A stretch of DNA of 64,000 nucleotides, from positions 124,001 to 188,000 of the forward strand of contig NIVC01001097.1 in the NCBI GenBank assembly GCA_002269645.1. The letters are read 5' to 3'. This document shows, piece by piece, positions 12,451 to 25,054 of the stretch. The notes beneath the pieces are model-generated. The model was not told the DNA's origin. It saw only the letters and a program-made list of their open reading frames with translations, and did no database searches. The stretch comes from Macrostomum lignano. Its lineage: Eukaryota. Within the stretch, counting starts at the first letter, position 1. Every line of letters begins with the position of its first letter. The position numbers were made by a program, and so were the translations under genes.

Positions 12451-13059
12451 AGACCCTCTATGGGTACCACTTTGCGAAAAAGAGACTTTTCAAAACATCA
12501 AAACGAGTAAAACAGGGCTTGAAACCTAAAAAGGGGTTCAGAGCGCACCCAATTTTGGAGCATTTCCAAGGAAAAATTGATTAAATTTTTGTTCGGGCAA
12601 ACCCCGCCATCTCTGGCAAGTATTGGCTGCCTTTCCCTGCTTTCTGCTTCTCCTTTTTTTGCTTCAGCTCGAGAAACTCTGCAGGCCCGCACCCTGTTCG
12701 CGGTTTTGTTTTGGCGGTCAGTGCCGCCGGGCATCGCATCTGAACCCTCAACTGTTGTTAATTTTTCCCGCAATTTAAAGCTTTAATTATGCTTTTGTTC
12801 TCCCAAATGCTGGCATAATTTACAGCTGCTCTGTTTCCCGCTAATCCGCCTTTTCTTCTCAGCCGATGCAGCCAGTTTATCATCCCATCCGGCAACTGCA
12901 TTATCCGCTCAGCAACCTTTATTCTCATCGATTTTGCTAATTATCAATAAAATATTGCTTTTCGCGACCGCTCTTGTACAAAAAATATGATTTGACTGCA
13001 TGGTCTCGTCTCGAATGCCTACTTAGCAAAGCTTCATTTTACTGAGTTCGTTTCTTGGA

Positions 13060-13525
13060 ACTGTGAGGGACAATATGGCACTGTGAGAGACAGTATGGCA
13101 CTGTGAGAGACAGTATGGCACTGTGAGGGACAATATGGCACTGTGAGGGACAATATGGCACTGTGAGGAACAATATGGCACTGTGAGGGACAATATGGCA
13201 CTGTGAGAGACAGTATGGCACTGTGAGGGACAATATGGCACTGTGAGGGACAATATGGCACTGTGAGAGACAGTATGGCACTGTGAGAGACAATATGGCA
13301 CTGTGAGGGACAGTATGGCACTGTGAGAGACAGTATGGCACTGTGAGGGACAATATGGCACTGTGAGAGACAGTATGGCACTGTGAGAGACAATATGGCA
13401 CTGTGAGAGACAATATGGCACTGTGAGAGACAATATGGCACTGTGAGGGACAGTATGGCACTGTGAGGGACAGTATGGCACTGTGAGAGACAGTATGGCA
13501 CTGTGAGGGACAGTATGGCACCGTG
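13060..13525. repeat. 20-bp minisatellite (ctgtgagggacaatatggca)
   Basis: Direct reading. Confidence 0.95.
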
Positions 13526-13548
13526 AGGCCCGCGGTGGGACATGGCAG

Positions 13549-14404
13549 TCACAGCAGGAAGCTGTCCAGCAGGACGAGCGCCCTCAGGACCAGGCGGGTC
13601 TCGCGCGGCCGGAAGCACTGCGCCCCCTGCACTTCCTGCTTCAGCTGGCCGTAGGCTCCGTCTGAGTCGGCGAACCGCAGGCAGGCCGTCCAGATCTTCC
13701 GCTGCTGCTCGGTGCTGACATCGAAGGCCGTCCGCAGGCAGCGCAGGAGGGCGCCGGGCTCCGGGCCACCGCACAGGCGGTGCAGTTGGTCCAGCAGGCG
13801 GGCGCCGAGGCGAGCCGAGGCAGACAGGCCGGCAGGGTCGGCGGTGTCTTGGCCGGCGGCAGAGTCGACCGTCCGCGCCAGCTCGGCCAGCTGCTCGGCC
13901 AGCTGATCCTCGGCCTCCCGCTGGCTGCCGCTGGCATCGGCGCTGGGAAATGTTGGGGGGAGCCAAATGGCCAAATCGATGCGTCAGTCGATCCGCAATC
14001 AGCGAGGAGGCAAGCAGCCATGCCCGTCTCCTGACCCCTGAGCCCGCAATCCCACAGTGTGTACAGCGTACAGCTGAATGTGTACAAGTTTTACAGGTTT
14101 CTCATTATCGAACGATTGTGATTGGCCCTCGGGCGTGGATGGCACAACAAGCATTTTCTGGCCAGTTTTTTCAATAAATTAATGCGGATATATTATGCAA
14201 CAGGCATGCCTTCCCGGAAACACATGTGGCAGCCTCAAAGCTGGTAACAGACCTGGCGATCAAAGTCTCGCGCAGCTCAGCATTGGTGCTCAAAACTTGG
14301 CCAAGCCGGCTCAGAAGCAGCCGGGCCTGCACATACAAAAGACTGCGGCCGTTTCCCAACTCGTCCACAAAGTCCAGCGGCAAACTGCTTAAGTTGCTCT
14401 GCAT
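13549..14404 (-). CDS. Uncharacterised 181-aa helical protein, 2 exons
   Basis: Exon 1 14404-14253 (ATG; MQSNLSSLPLDFVDELGNGRSLLYVQARLLLSRLGQVLSTNAELRETLIA), GT donor, phase 2. Exon 2 13942-13549 after tttcccag (ADASGSQREAEDQLAEQLAEL...RKIWTACLRF...LVLLDSFLL*). GC3-rich codons; phases match. Family not recognised. Confidence 0.6.
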
Positions 14405-15269
14405 GGTTCAATTACAAACACCGGAACTGGATCGACCTTCTACTCGCAAGAAGGGAGGGGGCTTTTTGCTTCAGTCAATTCCTCATTGACAAAACTCCAC
14501 TACCATAGACAACAGGAGGTTCTAAATACGGCTCGTAGAATGGTCCGCAGACAAATTACTCGACGAACTTTTTGTTCGCCGCGAGTTTCGGTAAAGTGAA
14601 GGCTTCAGCTACAGCAGGAGACACAGTAGCACCAGCGACAGATTATAGATGCTCTGATGATATTACACTGAGCTACTGAGATTGACTTACGTACTTGACT
14701 TTTAGCTTCAAGGGGTCCGTGCGTCCGGAAACAGCGAGGAGGCGTTGCCGCCCATTTCGCTAACCCCTGGCGATCAGCTAGCTACTGAGGTTCCCTGCGA
14801 CTGCTGCAGCAGTGAATTAAGGACAACTTAAGTAGAAGGACGCAACACTCGAAATCTATGGTAAATGTTTAGAAGGTAAAATTTCGCTGAAAAATACACT
14901 ACAGAGATAGGAGGTTTTAATTTTTTCAGCACAAAATTTTTTTGTGCTTTTGATAGGAGGCAGATCCAGTGTTCATCTTTTGATATGTTGTGCCTTTTTT
15001 ATTGCTAAAGGCAGGTTTCACCGGAAAAATACACTACGGAGATAGGAAATTCCACGATTTTCAACACTAGCTCGTAAAACAGTGATTGAGTCTCTTAACA
15101 GTGTCAGAGAAATTTCTAATCACACTATTTTTGTGCCTCACATGCTTCTCAACGATGCATTAATCGATTTCTCATGTTAAATTGGTCTTGCCATAATTTT
15201 AAATGTTTTTTCCAATCAATAAAACGTCACAAATCTAGGTCAAAATTACGTAAAAAACATCGACAGAAT

Positions 15270-15345
15270 TGACGTCATTAAATGACGTCATTTCGACGTC
15301 GAACTTTGACCTATTTCAACGTCACTTTGACGTCGCGCAACGTCA
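15270..15345. promoter_or_regulatory. Cluster of CRE-like ACGTC cores between divergent genes
   Basis: TGACGTCA at 15270 and 15283, TCGACGTCGA at ~15293, CAACGTCA twice, TGACGTCG once. Confidence 0.4.
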
Positions 15346-15972
15346 CCACTTTGCTACCCGGGATATGGTTACATTTGCCAAACTGTTCTTTCACTAATTT
15401 TTAGAGGCTATATTTCTCGCAACAACTTTTTGTTAAACTTTTGTTAAAGTCTCCAGTACCATCATCCGACATTATAACAGCAAGGACCACTTTAGTTTAC
15501 AGGACAGGACGTAAAACTCAAAGATTGTGCATTTTTTAGGCTAGCTTCTAGGAAAAGATACACTTCTTGCAGAAGGGAAAATTTTTTAATCTTAAACCAA
15601 TGATTGCATTTGATCTGGGGCAGTGTAGATTACAATATTTCTTACATGTAAGCATGCACAGCATGTTACTACGTTGTATGATGCATTTCCAGTTTTTAGT
15701 TTTAGTTTTAAGTCCTGTTATACTACAGTCGTTCTTGATTAAAAGCTGAATTGATAAAAATAGGAAAAATGCTCTTTAATCTCAAAACCATTTTGATTGC
15801 AATTGAGCTGGGGTCCGTATTTTCTATCAACAAAAATTACGGGTTTTGTCTATATTAACAACCTAAGCAGCAATATTTATACTTATGAATCTAATAAGCA
15901 ATTAAATACCCACTGTACATTAAGTAAAATAATTGCTTGTTTATAGTTTTCTCCTGATTTTATATTTTATGT

Positions 15973-15986
15973 GTTGTCTTGGATAC
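15973..15986. promoter_or_regulatory. RFX X-box upstream of NME5
   Basis: GTTGTC TT GGATAC, ~120 bp before the ATG of a motile-cilia gene. Confidence 0.55.
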
Positions 15987-16106
15987 AGCATAGACTTCTT
16001 TTTAAAAGGACAATCAGCAGTATTTACAATTTACATTGATATTAGTTTTGCCTCCAAGTTCTTTACAGTTTTTCGAGAATTTTTTTGACTCCATAAAAAT
16101 CTCAAC

Positions 16107-16739
16107 ATGCCAGAGGAAGCAGAAACCATGCCTAAACCGCATATCTATGTGGAGAGAACATTGGCTGTGATTAAACCAGATGCTGTGCATCATGCTGACG
16201 AAATCGAGGACATTATTACTCAAAATGGATTCTCTGTTCTGCAGAAACGGAAGGTGCAACTCACGCCAGAACAAGCCAGTGAATTATATTCCGAGCACTT
16301 CGGAAAAATGTTTTTTCCCAGTTTGATTACGTATATGAGCAGCGGGCCAATCGTTGCCTTGGTCATTGCCAAGGACAAAGCTATCAGCAGCTGGAGGGAG
16401 CTCATCGGTCCCACAAACGCTCTGATTGCGAAGCAGTCTCATCCGGATAGCCTTCGAGCCAAGTATGGCACAGATGACCAACAGAATGCTCTACACGGAA
16501 GCGACAGTTTCACGAGTGCGGAAAAGGAAATTCGCTTTTTCTTTCCAGACAGCATTGTGGAGCCGATTTCAATCGGCGATTCTGCCAAGTCCTACCTTGC
16601 CCGGCATGTCAACCCCACCGTGCTCAAGGGACTTACTGAGCTGTGCAAGAAAAAGCCCAATGATCCAATTGTGTGGCTATCTAATTGGCTACTAGAAAAC
16701 AACCCAAATAAACCAAAGGTTTGTAGTCATTTGATATGA
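16107..16739 (+). CDS. NME5: Nucleoside diphosphate kinase homolog 5 (radial-spoke protein RSPH23) with C-terminal Dpy-30 motif; intronless
   Basis: ERTLAVIKPDAV, YMSSGPIVAL, SLRAKYGTDDQQNALHGSDS (His retained), YLARHVNPTVLKGLTELCKKKPNDPIVWLSNWLLENNPNKP (Dpy-30); 210 aa. Confidence 0.96.
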   Translation: MPEEAETMPKPHIYVERTLAVIKPDAVHHADEIEDIITQNGFSVLQKRKVQLTPEQASELYSEHFGKMFFPSLITYMSSGPIVALVIAKDKAISSWRELIGPTNALIAKQSHPDSLRAKYGTDDQQNALHGSDSFTSAEKEIRFFFPDSIVEPISIGDSAKSYLARHVNPTVLKGLTELCKKKPNDPIVWLSNWLLENNPNKPKVCSHLI

Positions 16740-17889
16740 TGCGATGCTCTAATCTTTCTCATGTAAATACGACTTATACCAAGCCAATTTAAGTTAATTC
16801 TTAAAAAGCATTAAAATATCTAAAAATATAAAGCAGCAAAGTTTTAAAATATCTGTACAAAAATTTATTATTTAGGGGTATAAATATTAATTCTCAACTA
16901 AAAATATTTAAGATTACACTAAAGTGAAAATATTTTAACCCAATTGATCCATTTTCAAGTATCAAAAAATATCCAAATCAAACTGAAAGTGAGCAGATTT
17001 GCTTAGGACAAAATGCAAGAAACATTTACCATATTTAAACTAATTTTCAGGTTGGTGGCAACTATTCTGTTGAAGAACCTCAGGCATAAACTGCAAACAC
17101 CCAGCTCTACTTGTGTCTAATTGGTTTAATTTTTATTATATTTAACAGTTTGACTAACATTGGCATTTTTGCTAATTTACTTCTAATAAAGTATCTGGAC
17201 TCTTGTTGATATCAGCAGTATAGAACAAAAGAACATAAAAATAGTTTTTTTATTAAAGATTTTTTATTAATATTCTTTCTTATTCCACACATCAAATATT
17301 AATGTGAGTAGTAAGTTAAAGCTAAAAACTACAACTATGGCACAGCTTATTGTCTCGGATTTATCTATAAGACGATTTTTTTACTTTAAACTATAGATTT
17401 CTTGCTCATATCGATTTTTAACTTCCCATTAAACAATACGACTCGCTGAATTAAACAATAGATTGTACTTGTTATACTTGCTTGTACTACTGCATTAGTA
17501 ATCTATGTCGTTTTGTTTTTAATAATTCGTTTTTTGGAGGGCTGAAAAATTTTTAGCCAGAAAACGCTGCGGGATCTTGGAGCGGAGTTAAAATATATGT
17601 TGCAGAACTGCTAAATTAATGCTGATCGTAAGTGCTGACAACAGGGCTAATATTGGAAGAAAATTGTTGAATAAATAATTTGTTAAGGCCTGAGTTAATT
17701 AGAATAAAAATAAATGAATTTGCCGAACCTCTATAAGCTATTAATAACTTGAGTTACTTGACTATTAAATAGCTTCATAATCAGTAATTTTTCTAAACTT
17801 TACATGGCAATTTCTGCGACTCAACCTACACATGGTGCCTCGCCTCCCTGCATATTAGCACTTCAATGTTCGCATTGGCGCCTTAAATT

Positions 17890-18400
17890 CTATATTGGCG
17901 TCTCAATATCTATACTGGCGCCTCAATATCTATACTGGAACCTCAATATCTACACTGGCGCCTCAATATCTACACTGGCGCCTCAATATCTACACTGGCG
18001 CCTCAATATCTACACTGGCGCCTCAATATCTATACTGGCGCCTCAATATCTACACTGGCGCCTCAATATCTATACTGGCGCCTCATTATCTATACTGGCG
18101 CCTCAATATCTACACTGCCGCCTCAATATCTACACTGCCGCCTCAATATCTACACTGGCGCCTCAATATCTACACTGGCGCCTCAATATCTATACTGGCG
18201 CCTCATTATCTATACTGGCGCCTCAATATCTACACTGGCGCCTCATTATCTATACTGGCGCCTCAATATCTACACTGGCGCCTCAATGTCTACACTGGCG
18301 CCTCATTATCTATACTGGCGCCTCAATATCTACACTGGCGCCTCAATGTCTATACTGGCGCCTCAATATCTACACTGGCGCCTCAACGTCTATACTGGCA
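17890..18400. repeat. 20-bp minisatellite (ggcgcctcaatatctacact)
   Basis: Direct reading. Confidence 0.95.
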
Positions 18401-18967
18401 CCTCAAACTCCCTATTGGCGCTGCAACCCAACATCAGTTTCGCGCACTGGCGCCTCGATCCGGCAGGAGCAGTGGCCATTAGCCGGTTTATTGAGAGACA
18501 CAAAGCAGCCAGAGGTCTGGAACGGAACGGAGTCGGCAGCAGGTGACTGTAATTAACAGACTGCATCAAGCAGATGGGGGACGGAAATGCCAGTGGCGGC
18601 AGAACAGGCAGTTTTTAATTAATCACTAAGGCGAAATTCATGCTGACTGCACCAATCAAATTATTTACTGTCGCTATTTTGGGAACCTGTCAAGTTAATG
18701 ACTAAGTCTGAGAGATTCGATGTACTTAATTAACAAAAATTAAGTACATCTTGAAGGCATATCTCAGAGATGAAAATAAATTTAACAACATTTCCGGGGA
18801 AGCGGGGAAAATTTTCGGGAAAAAAATGAAAAACTTGAAGCAATCGACAATTAAGGGCAAAGAGCTACATTTTTTGGGCAACCGAAACAAATAGTTGTCC
18901 TTGCAGTTCAATAGTTGGCTTTGGGTCAACTTGGTCAGGGTACCCATAGTGATCAGGCTTGACTGTT

Positions 18968-19300
18968 AATCAGGTCAGGTCAGCTCGGGTCAGGTCAGGT
19001 CAGGTCAGGTCAGGTCAGGTCAGGTCAGGTCAGGTCAGGTCAGGCCATGTCAGGTCAGGTCAGGTCAGGCCATGCCTGGTAGGGTCAGGTCAGGCCATGC
19101 CTGGTCAGGTCAGGCCATGCCTGGTAGGGTCAGGTCAGGTCATGTCAGGTCATGTCAGGTCAGGGTCAAGGTTAGGTTAGGTCAGGTCAGGTCAGGTCAG
19201 GTCAGGTCAGGTCAAGGTCAGGTCAGGTCAGGTCATGTCAGGTCATGTCAGGTCAGGTCAGGTCAAGGTCAGGTCAGGTCAAGGTCAGGTCAGGTCAGGT
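18968..19300. repeat. (ggtca)n pentanucleotide array
   Basis: Direct reading. Confidence 0.95.
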
Positions 19301-20087
19301 CTGTTGAAGACAGTCGAAGGCCCAGAACGGTGCCTGTCACGACGCCGGTCATAAAGAGGCAGGCGATGACGCCGCCGGCCAGCAGCAGCAGCAGCCGCCG
19401 CCGCCGCCCCATCTGGGGACACCGGCAGCAGCAGCCGCTCTCGTTAATCCTCGGATTGGCAGACGTCGTTGAGCTTGACGTCGGCGCTGCTGGCTGACTT
19501 GGCGGCGGTGGCGCCTCCTCGGCTGGCAGCCAAAGTCGCGGCGGAGCGAGTTCCGCCTCAGCTTCCATGAGCTCCATCAGCGACCTGTCGCCCTGGCCGC
19601 TGAGCAGCAGGCGGTTGTCATAATAATAGTGCACGCTGGGGTCGCCGGCCAGCTCTGGAAGCGGCAGAGGCTGCGGCGGCAGCGCCAGAGGCGGCGGCAC
19701 CACCGAAGCGCCAAATCCCGGCGCCGATCCGAGCAGCGGCCTCGGCGGCCCGATGGCCGGCCGGAATCGGAAGCCGAAGTCGTCGTCGTTTTTGTCCTCC
19801 TCGGCTGCCGCTGCCGCCGCCAGCTGGCCGCCGCTGTTGCTGCTTCGAAAAGGCGTTCGTTTCCGCCGTTGCTTTTTCTTCTGCTTTTTCTCGCTGCCCT
19901 CAGCAGAGCCGCGATTTTCGGCACCAGCCGGCTGAGGAGGCAGCGGCGGCGGCGAGGGGCTTTCGGCAGCGGTTCTGAAGCTGAAGCGGCCGCTGCTGGG
20001 CAGGGTGAGCTGCTCCGCCGCGTCGTGGAAGCTGCTGCCCGGCGCCGTGGAAGCGGCGCCCTCAGTCGGCGCCGCCGGCAGGGCCAT
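19290..20087 (-). CDS. Pro/Ala/Ser-rich 265-aa protein with basic patch, Cys cluster and C-terminal TM helix
   Basis: ATG-initiated, GC-rich, non-repetitive ORF: KKQKKKQRRKR; GCCCRCP; RRRR followed by LLLLLAGGVIACLFMTGVVTGTVLGL. The stop lies in the first units of the adjacent pentanucleotide array. Confidence 0.65.
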   Translation of the reverse strand: MALPAAPTEGAASTAPGSSFHDAAEQLTLPSSGRFSFRTAAESPSPPPLPPQPAGAENRGSAEGSEKKQKKKQRRKRTPFRSSNSGGQLAAAAAAEEDKNDDDFGFRFRPAIGPPRPLLGSAPGFGASVVPPPLALPPQPLPLPELAGDPSVHYYYDNRLLLSGQGDRSLMELMEAEAELAPPRLWLPAEEAPPPPSQPAAPTSSSTTSANPRINESGCCCRCPQMGRRRRLLLLLAGGVIACLFMTGVVTGTVLGLRLSSTDLT

Positions 20088-20552
20088 TCGCCGGCTGCTG
20101 CCCCGCTGCCTGAGTCAGTTCGGGCACCTGCCGGCTGCTGCGGGGGGGGGAATGCTGCACGCTCAGAAACTCGAATTGCGCTCGGGGGTACAGCGAGTAG
20201 CTCGTAGAGAGAGGCTGCCGCAGACCCTCTCAGTCTTGAGCGCGGGTCTCTATAATACCCATTATTGTTCGGGTGCGGCCAGACTGGGCTGTGGACGTCT
20301 CACAGCAGCCGCAGCTGAGGCTGGCTGAGTGTACAAGCGGCCCCACTCACTTCAACTACTTATCGCTTGTGCAGCAGGTGGAGTAACAATGAGAGCTGAG
20401 CCGAACGTACCGAAGCCTGAGAATGCTATATTTATAAGTTTTGTGTTTTTACTAACTGAGTAACGCCGGGCCACCTCTGTGGACAGGCGATTAGCAGCTG
20501 TTGAAGGAGGCAAAAAATCGAAACCCGTTCCGCTCAGGCCGCCGCGTGGGGG

Positions 20553-20567
20553 GTTGCCTCGGGAAAC
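20553..20567. promoter_or_regulatory. X-box-like element upstream of the 20087 gene
   Basis: GTTGCC TCG GGAAAC. Confidence 0.3.
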
Positions 20568-20624
20568 CACGAATTAATGCGATCTGCAGGGCAGAGCATA
20601 GAAAAGACCACAGGGGCAGCATGG

Positions 20625-21595
20625 AATAGATTCCTGACATCACACTGACAGATTCCTGACATCACACTGACAGATTCCTGACATCACACTGACAGATTCC
20701 TGACATCACACTGACAGATTCCTGACATCACACTGACAGATTCCTGACATCACACTGACAGATTCCTGACATCACACTGACAGATTCCTGACATCACACT
20801 GACAGATTCCTGACATCACACTGACAGATTCCTGACATCACACTGACAGATTCCTGACATCACACTGACAGATTCCTGACATCACACTGACAGATTCCTG
20901 ACATCACACTGACAGATTCCTGACATCACACTGACAGATTCCTGACATCACACTGACAGATTCCTGACATCACACTGACAGATTCCTGACATCACACTGA
21001 CAGATTCCTGACATCACACTGACAGATTCCTGACATCACACTGACAGATTCCTGACATCACACTGACAGATTCCTGACATCACACTGACAGATTCCTGAC
21101 ATCACACTGACAGATTCCTGACATCACACTGACAGATTCCTGACATCACACTGACAGATTCCTGACATCACACTGACAGATTCCTGACATCACACTGACA
21201 GATTCCTGACATTACACTGACAGATTCCTGACATTACACTGACAGATTCCTGACATTACACTGACAGATTCCTGACATCACAATGACAGGTTCCTGACAT
21301 AACACCGACAGATTCCTGACATCACACTGACAGATTCCTGACATCACACTGACAGATTCCTGACATCACACTGACAGATTCCTGACATCACACTGACAGA
21401 TTCCTGACATCACACTGACAGATTCCTGACATAACACCGACAGATTCCTGACATCACACTGACAGATTCCTGACATTACACTGACAGATTCCCGACATAA
21501 CACCGACAGATTCCTGACATAACACTGACATATCCCTGACATTACACTGACAGATTCCCGACATAACACCGACAGATTCCTGACATTTTCCTGAC
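20625..21595. repeat. 22-bp highly homogeneous minisatellite (ctgacagattcctgacatcaca)
   Basis: Period 20641->20663. Confidence 0.96.
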
Positions 21596-21976
21596 ATTGT
21601 CCCGACAGGCTCGAGGCGCAATCCTGACAATGCCAATTATCTTTTGCATACAAAATTGGAATTCAATAATTTGCGTGGTGAAATCCGATGCAAATAGAAT
21701 CTGTTTGAAGGCCAACTTCAACTTCATCAGCCAGGAGGAAGCGTCTCAAATAGCCATTGCTCGACAGTCGCCCATCCGCAAATGCCGACTTTCGCTTTTA
21801 GCTTAACAGGAAACGCGATTAAATTTCCTGCTACTGCCCGAGAGAGCAATCTCATCAAATTAACTCAATCTGATTGCTCCACTTGCTGAGCAGCTTTAAT
21901 CTGCTCGGGGCTCGGCTTAGCGAAGCATTTGCGACAGCCTTTTTAGTAATTGCTCAGGCAGCATCTGGTGCGGGGC

Positions 21977-22603
<627 letters not shown>

Positions 22604-23225
22604 CAGCTAACAACTTAATAACTGACTGAGAAAACAAAATAATAGCTTTTGACTTAGGAAAGATTAGCCAGAATTCGAAACCGGCCTTTCAACGCTTGGC
22701 GTCAAGCAAAAAGGCGCTTAACTCGAAATTCAGGTGCTGCCCAGTCCGAATTCGAATGTCTGTGGCCAGGGCTGCAGCAGTGAGAAGGGCCGCCGCTAAT
22801 CCCAGTCCATCAAGTCTCCGCGGCGTTAATTCTCCATTAGTGGCGAGTCGTACCTGTCTCTGGGGCGCCCGTCAGCCATGTCAGCCTCGGCAGCCCGGGT
22901 CCAATTTCAAACAGGCTCGGGACAAAAGCTGAAGGGCCTGGGGAAAATGGCTAAAGAGGGGATTAGCGAGAGGCAGCAGGGCTAATCTGATGTTTTGACA
23001 GCCGTGCCATATTGGGAGGGGCGCCCCGCCAGCTCGGGTGTCTGCCATCCTCAGGTGGTGCGGATTAGGACCAGATTTTCTCCTATTCGAAGCTCCCGGC
23101 TGCACTCGAGTCTCGAGTTTGTTTTGCTGGCAGGCCTGAAAATAGACCGCCGGACAGCGGCAAAACACTAATAACTCTGACCCAGCTGCAGCAAGCACGA
23201 GGCTGCGGCTGCCATGAATAAGGGT

Positions 23226-24048
23226 TAGTCAGTCAGTCAGTCAGTCAGTCAGTCAGTCAGTCAGTCAGTCAGTCAGTCAGTCAGTCAGTCAGTCAGTCAG
23301 TCAGTCAGTCAGTCAGTCAGTCAATCAGTCAGTCAGTCAGTCAGTCAGTCAGTCAGTCAGTCAGTCAGTCAGTCAGTCAGTCAGTCAGTCAGTCAGTCAG
23401 TCAGTCAGTCAGTCAGTCAGTCAGTCAGTCAGTCAGTCAGTCAGTCAGTCAGTCAGTCAGTCAGTCAGTCAGTCAGTCAGTCAGTCAGTCAGTCAGTCAG
23501 TCAGTCAGTCAGTCAGTCAGTCAGTCAGTCAGTCAGTCAGTCAGTCAGTCAGCCAGTCAGTCAGTCAGTCAGTCAGTCAGTCAGTCAGCCAGTCAGTCAG
23601 TCAGTCAGTCAGTCAGTCAGTCAGTCAGTCAGTCAGTCAGTCAGTCAGTCAGTCAGTCAGTCAGTCAGTCAGTCAGTCAGTCAGTCAGTCAGTCAGTCAG
23701 TCAGTCAGTCAGTCAGTCAGTCAGTCAGTCAGTCAGTCAGTCAGTCAGTCAGTCAGTCAGCCAGTCAGTCAGTCAGTCAGTCAGTCAGTCAGTCAGTCAG
23801 TCAGTCAGTCAGCCAGTCAGTCAGTCAGTCAGTCAGTCAGTCAGTCAGTCAGTCAGTCAGTCAGTCAGTCAGTCAGTCAGTCAGTCAGTCAGTCAGTCAG
23901 TCAGTCAGTCAGTCAGTCAGTCAGTCAGTCAGCCAGTCAGTCAGTCAGTCAGTCAGTCAGTCAGTCAGTCAGTCAGTCAGTCAGCCAGTCAGTCAGTCAG
24001 TCAGTCAGTCAGTCAGTCAGTCAGTCAGTCAGTCAGTCAGTCAGTCAG
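23226..24048. repeat. (TCAG)n microsatellite
   Basis: Direct reading. Confidence 0.97.
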
Positions 24049-24423
24049 TCTGCCTGCGGCTCTCTTGCCTGACTGTTGTGTTTGGGTGGCTGCCTGCGGC
24101 TCTCTTGCCTGACTGTTGTGTTTGGGTGGCTGCCTGTGGCTCTCTTGCCTCTGTCTCTCGTGCTCTTCCAAACTTCCATTGTGTACAACCCTAACCACCG
24201 GGCCACCCTAGAGGATGCATTACCAAGGGTGACAGGAACGCCAGCTTGGGTTGCTAAGGGCATCAAGACTGCGTGCTACTCGAAGACTGCGCCTGTGGCA
24301 CTTACATCAGTTGCGGACCCAAATTTCGGGAGCGGGATGGGCGGTCACCCCCCGCTTCCCCGCTGCACCTGCCGTCAGTCCAGCCAGTTCGCTTCTCCCT
24401 GGAAATCGCTCTGGGGAGCCGCT

Positions 24424-24462
24424 GGCCAATGGCTTGCGACAGCAAAGTGCCGCTACTATAAA
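24424..24462 (+). promoter_or_regulatory. CCAAT box plus TATA box of ILP gene A
   Basis: GGCCAATGG 24424-24432; TATAAA 24457-24462; ~105 bp before the ATG. Confidence 0.5.
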
Positions 24463-24566
24463 CTGCCGGGCGGCTCCGCGGATCCTCCGGCGCAGGCCGC
24501 GGCCCCTCTCCGCATCTCCGTCTCGTTCAGCAACCTCTCGCTACTCTCTCCCATCAGCAGGCCTCG

Positions 24567-25054
24567 ATGCCGAGCTCAGCTGCCGTGTCCGCCTTCGCCC
24601 TGCTGGTGCTGGCGGCCATCTGCATGGCGCAGTGCAGCGCCAGCCAGCACTCCGACGTCATGGTGGTAGGCCCCCCCCTGCTCACTCTGCTGCTCACCCA
24701 ACCGCTCCCGTCACTGCACTGTGCCTCAAACCCCCTCTGCTTTGCAGGACAGGTACATCAGGAAGTGCGGCTACGATCTCGTCAGGACAATGTGGAAGGT
24801 GTGCAGCCGGAGAGGCGTCGCGGTGAAGCGGGGGCAGCTCAACAAACTTGGTGAGTAGCGGCGGGTGTCCCCCGGATGCACTTTCAGCGCTTCAGGCCGC
24901 ACCCTGTGCGATAATTTCAGTCACCGGCTTGGCCAAGCGGAGCAACAGGCACCGCCTGCCGGAGCTGCAGTGCCTCATCAAGCAGGAGGACGTGGTGTAC
25001 CACTGCTGCTGCAACTGGTGCAAGCTGTCCTACCTGGAGCTGTACTGCGACTGA
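24567..25054 (+). CDS. Insulin-like peptide precursor A (111 aa)
   Basis: Exons 24567-24665, 24748-24850, 24921-25054 (phases 0,1). Signal MPSSAAVSAFALLVLAAICMAQCSA; B chain KCGYDLVRTMWKVC; KR-GQLNKLVTGLA-KR; A chain SNRHRLPELQCLIKQEDVVYHCCCNWCKLSYLELYCD*. Confidence 0.9.

Noticed and set aside
17804-18556. 250-aa ORF with LAPQYLHWRLNIYTGAS repeats
   Set aside because: It is a translation of a 20-bp minisatellite.
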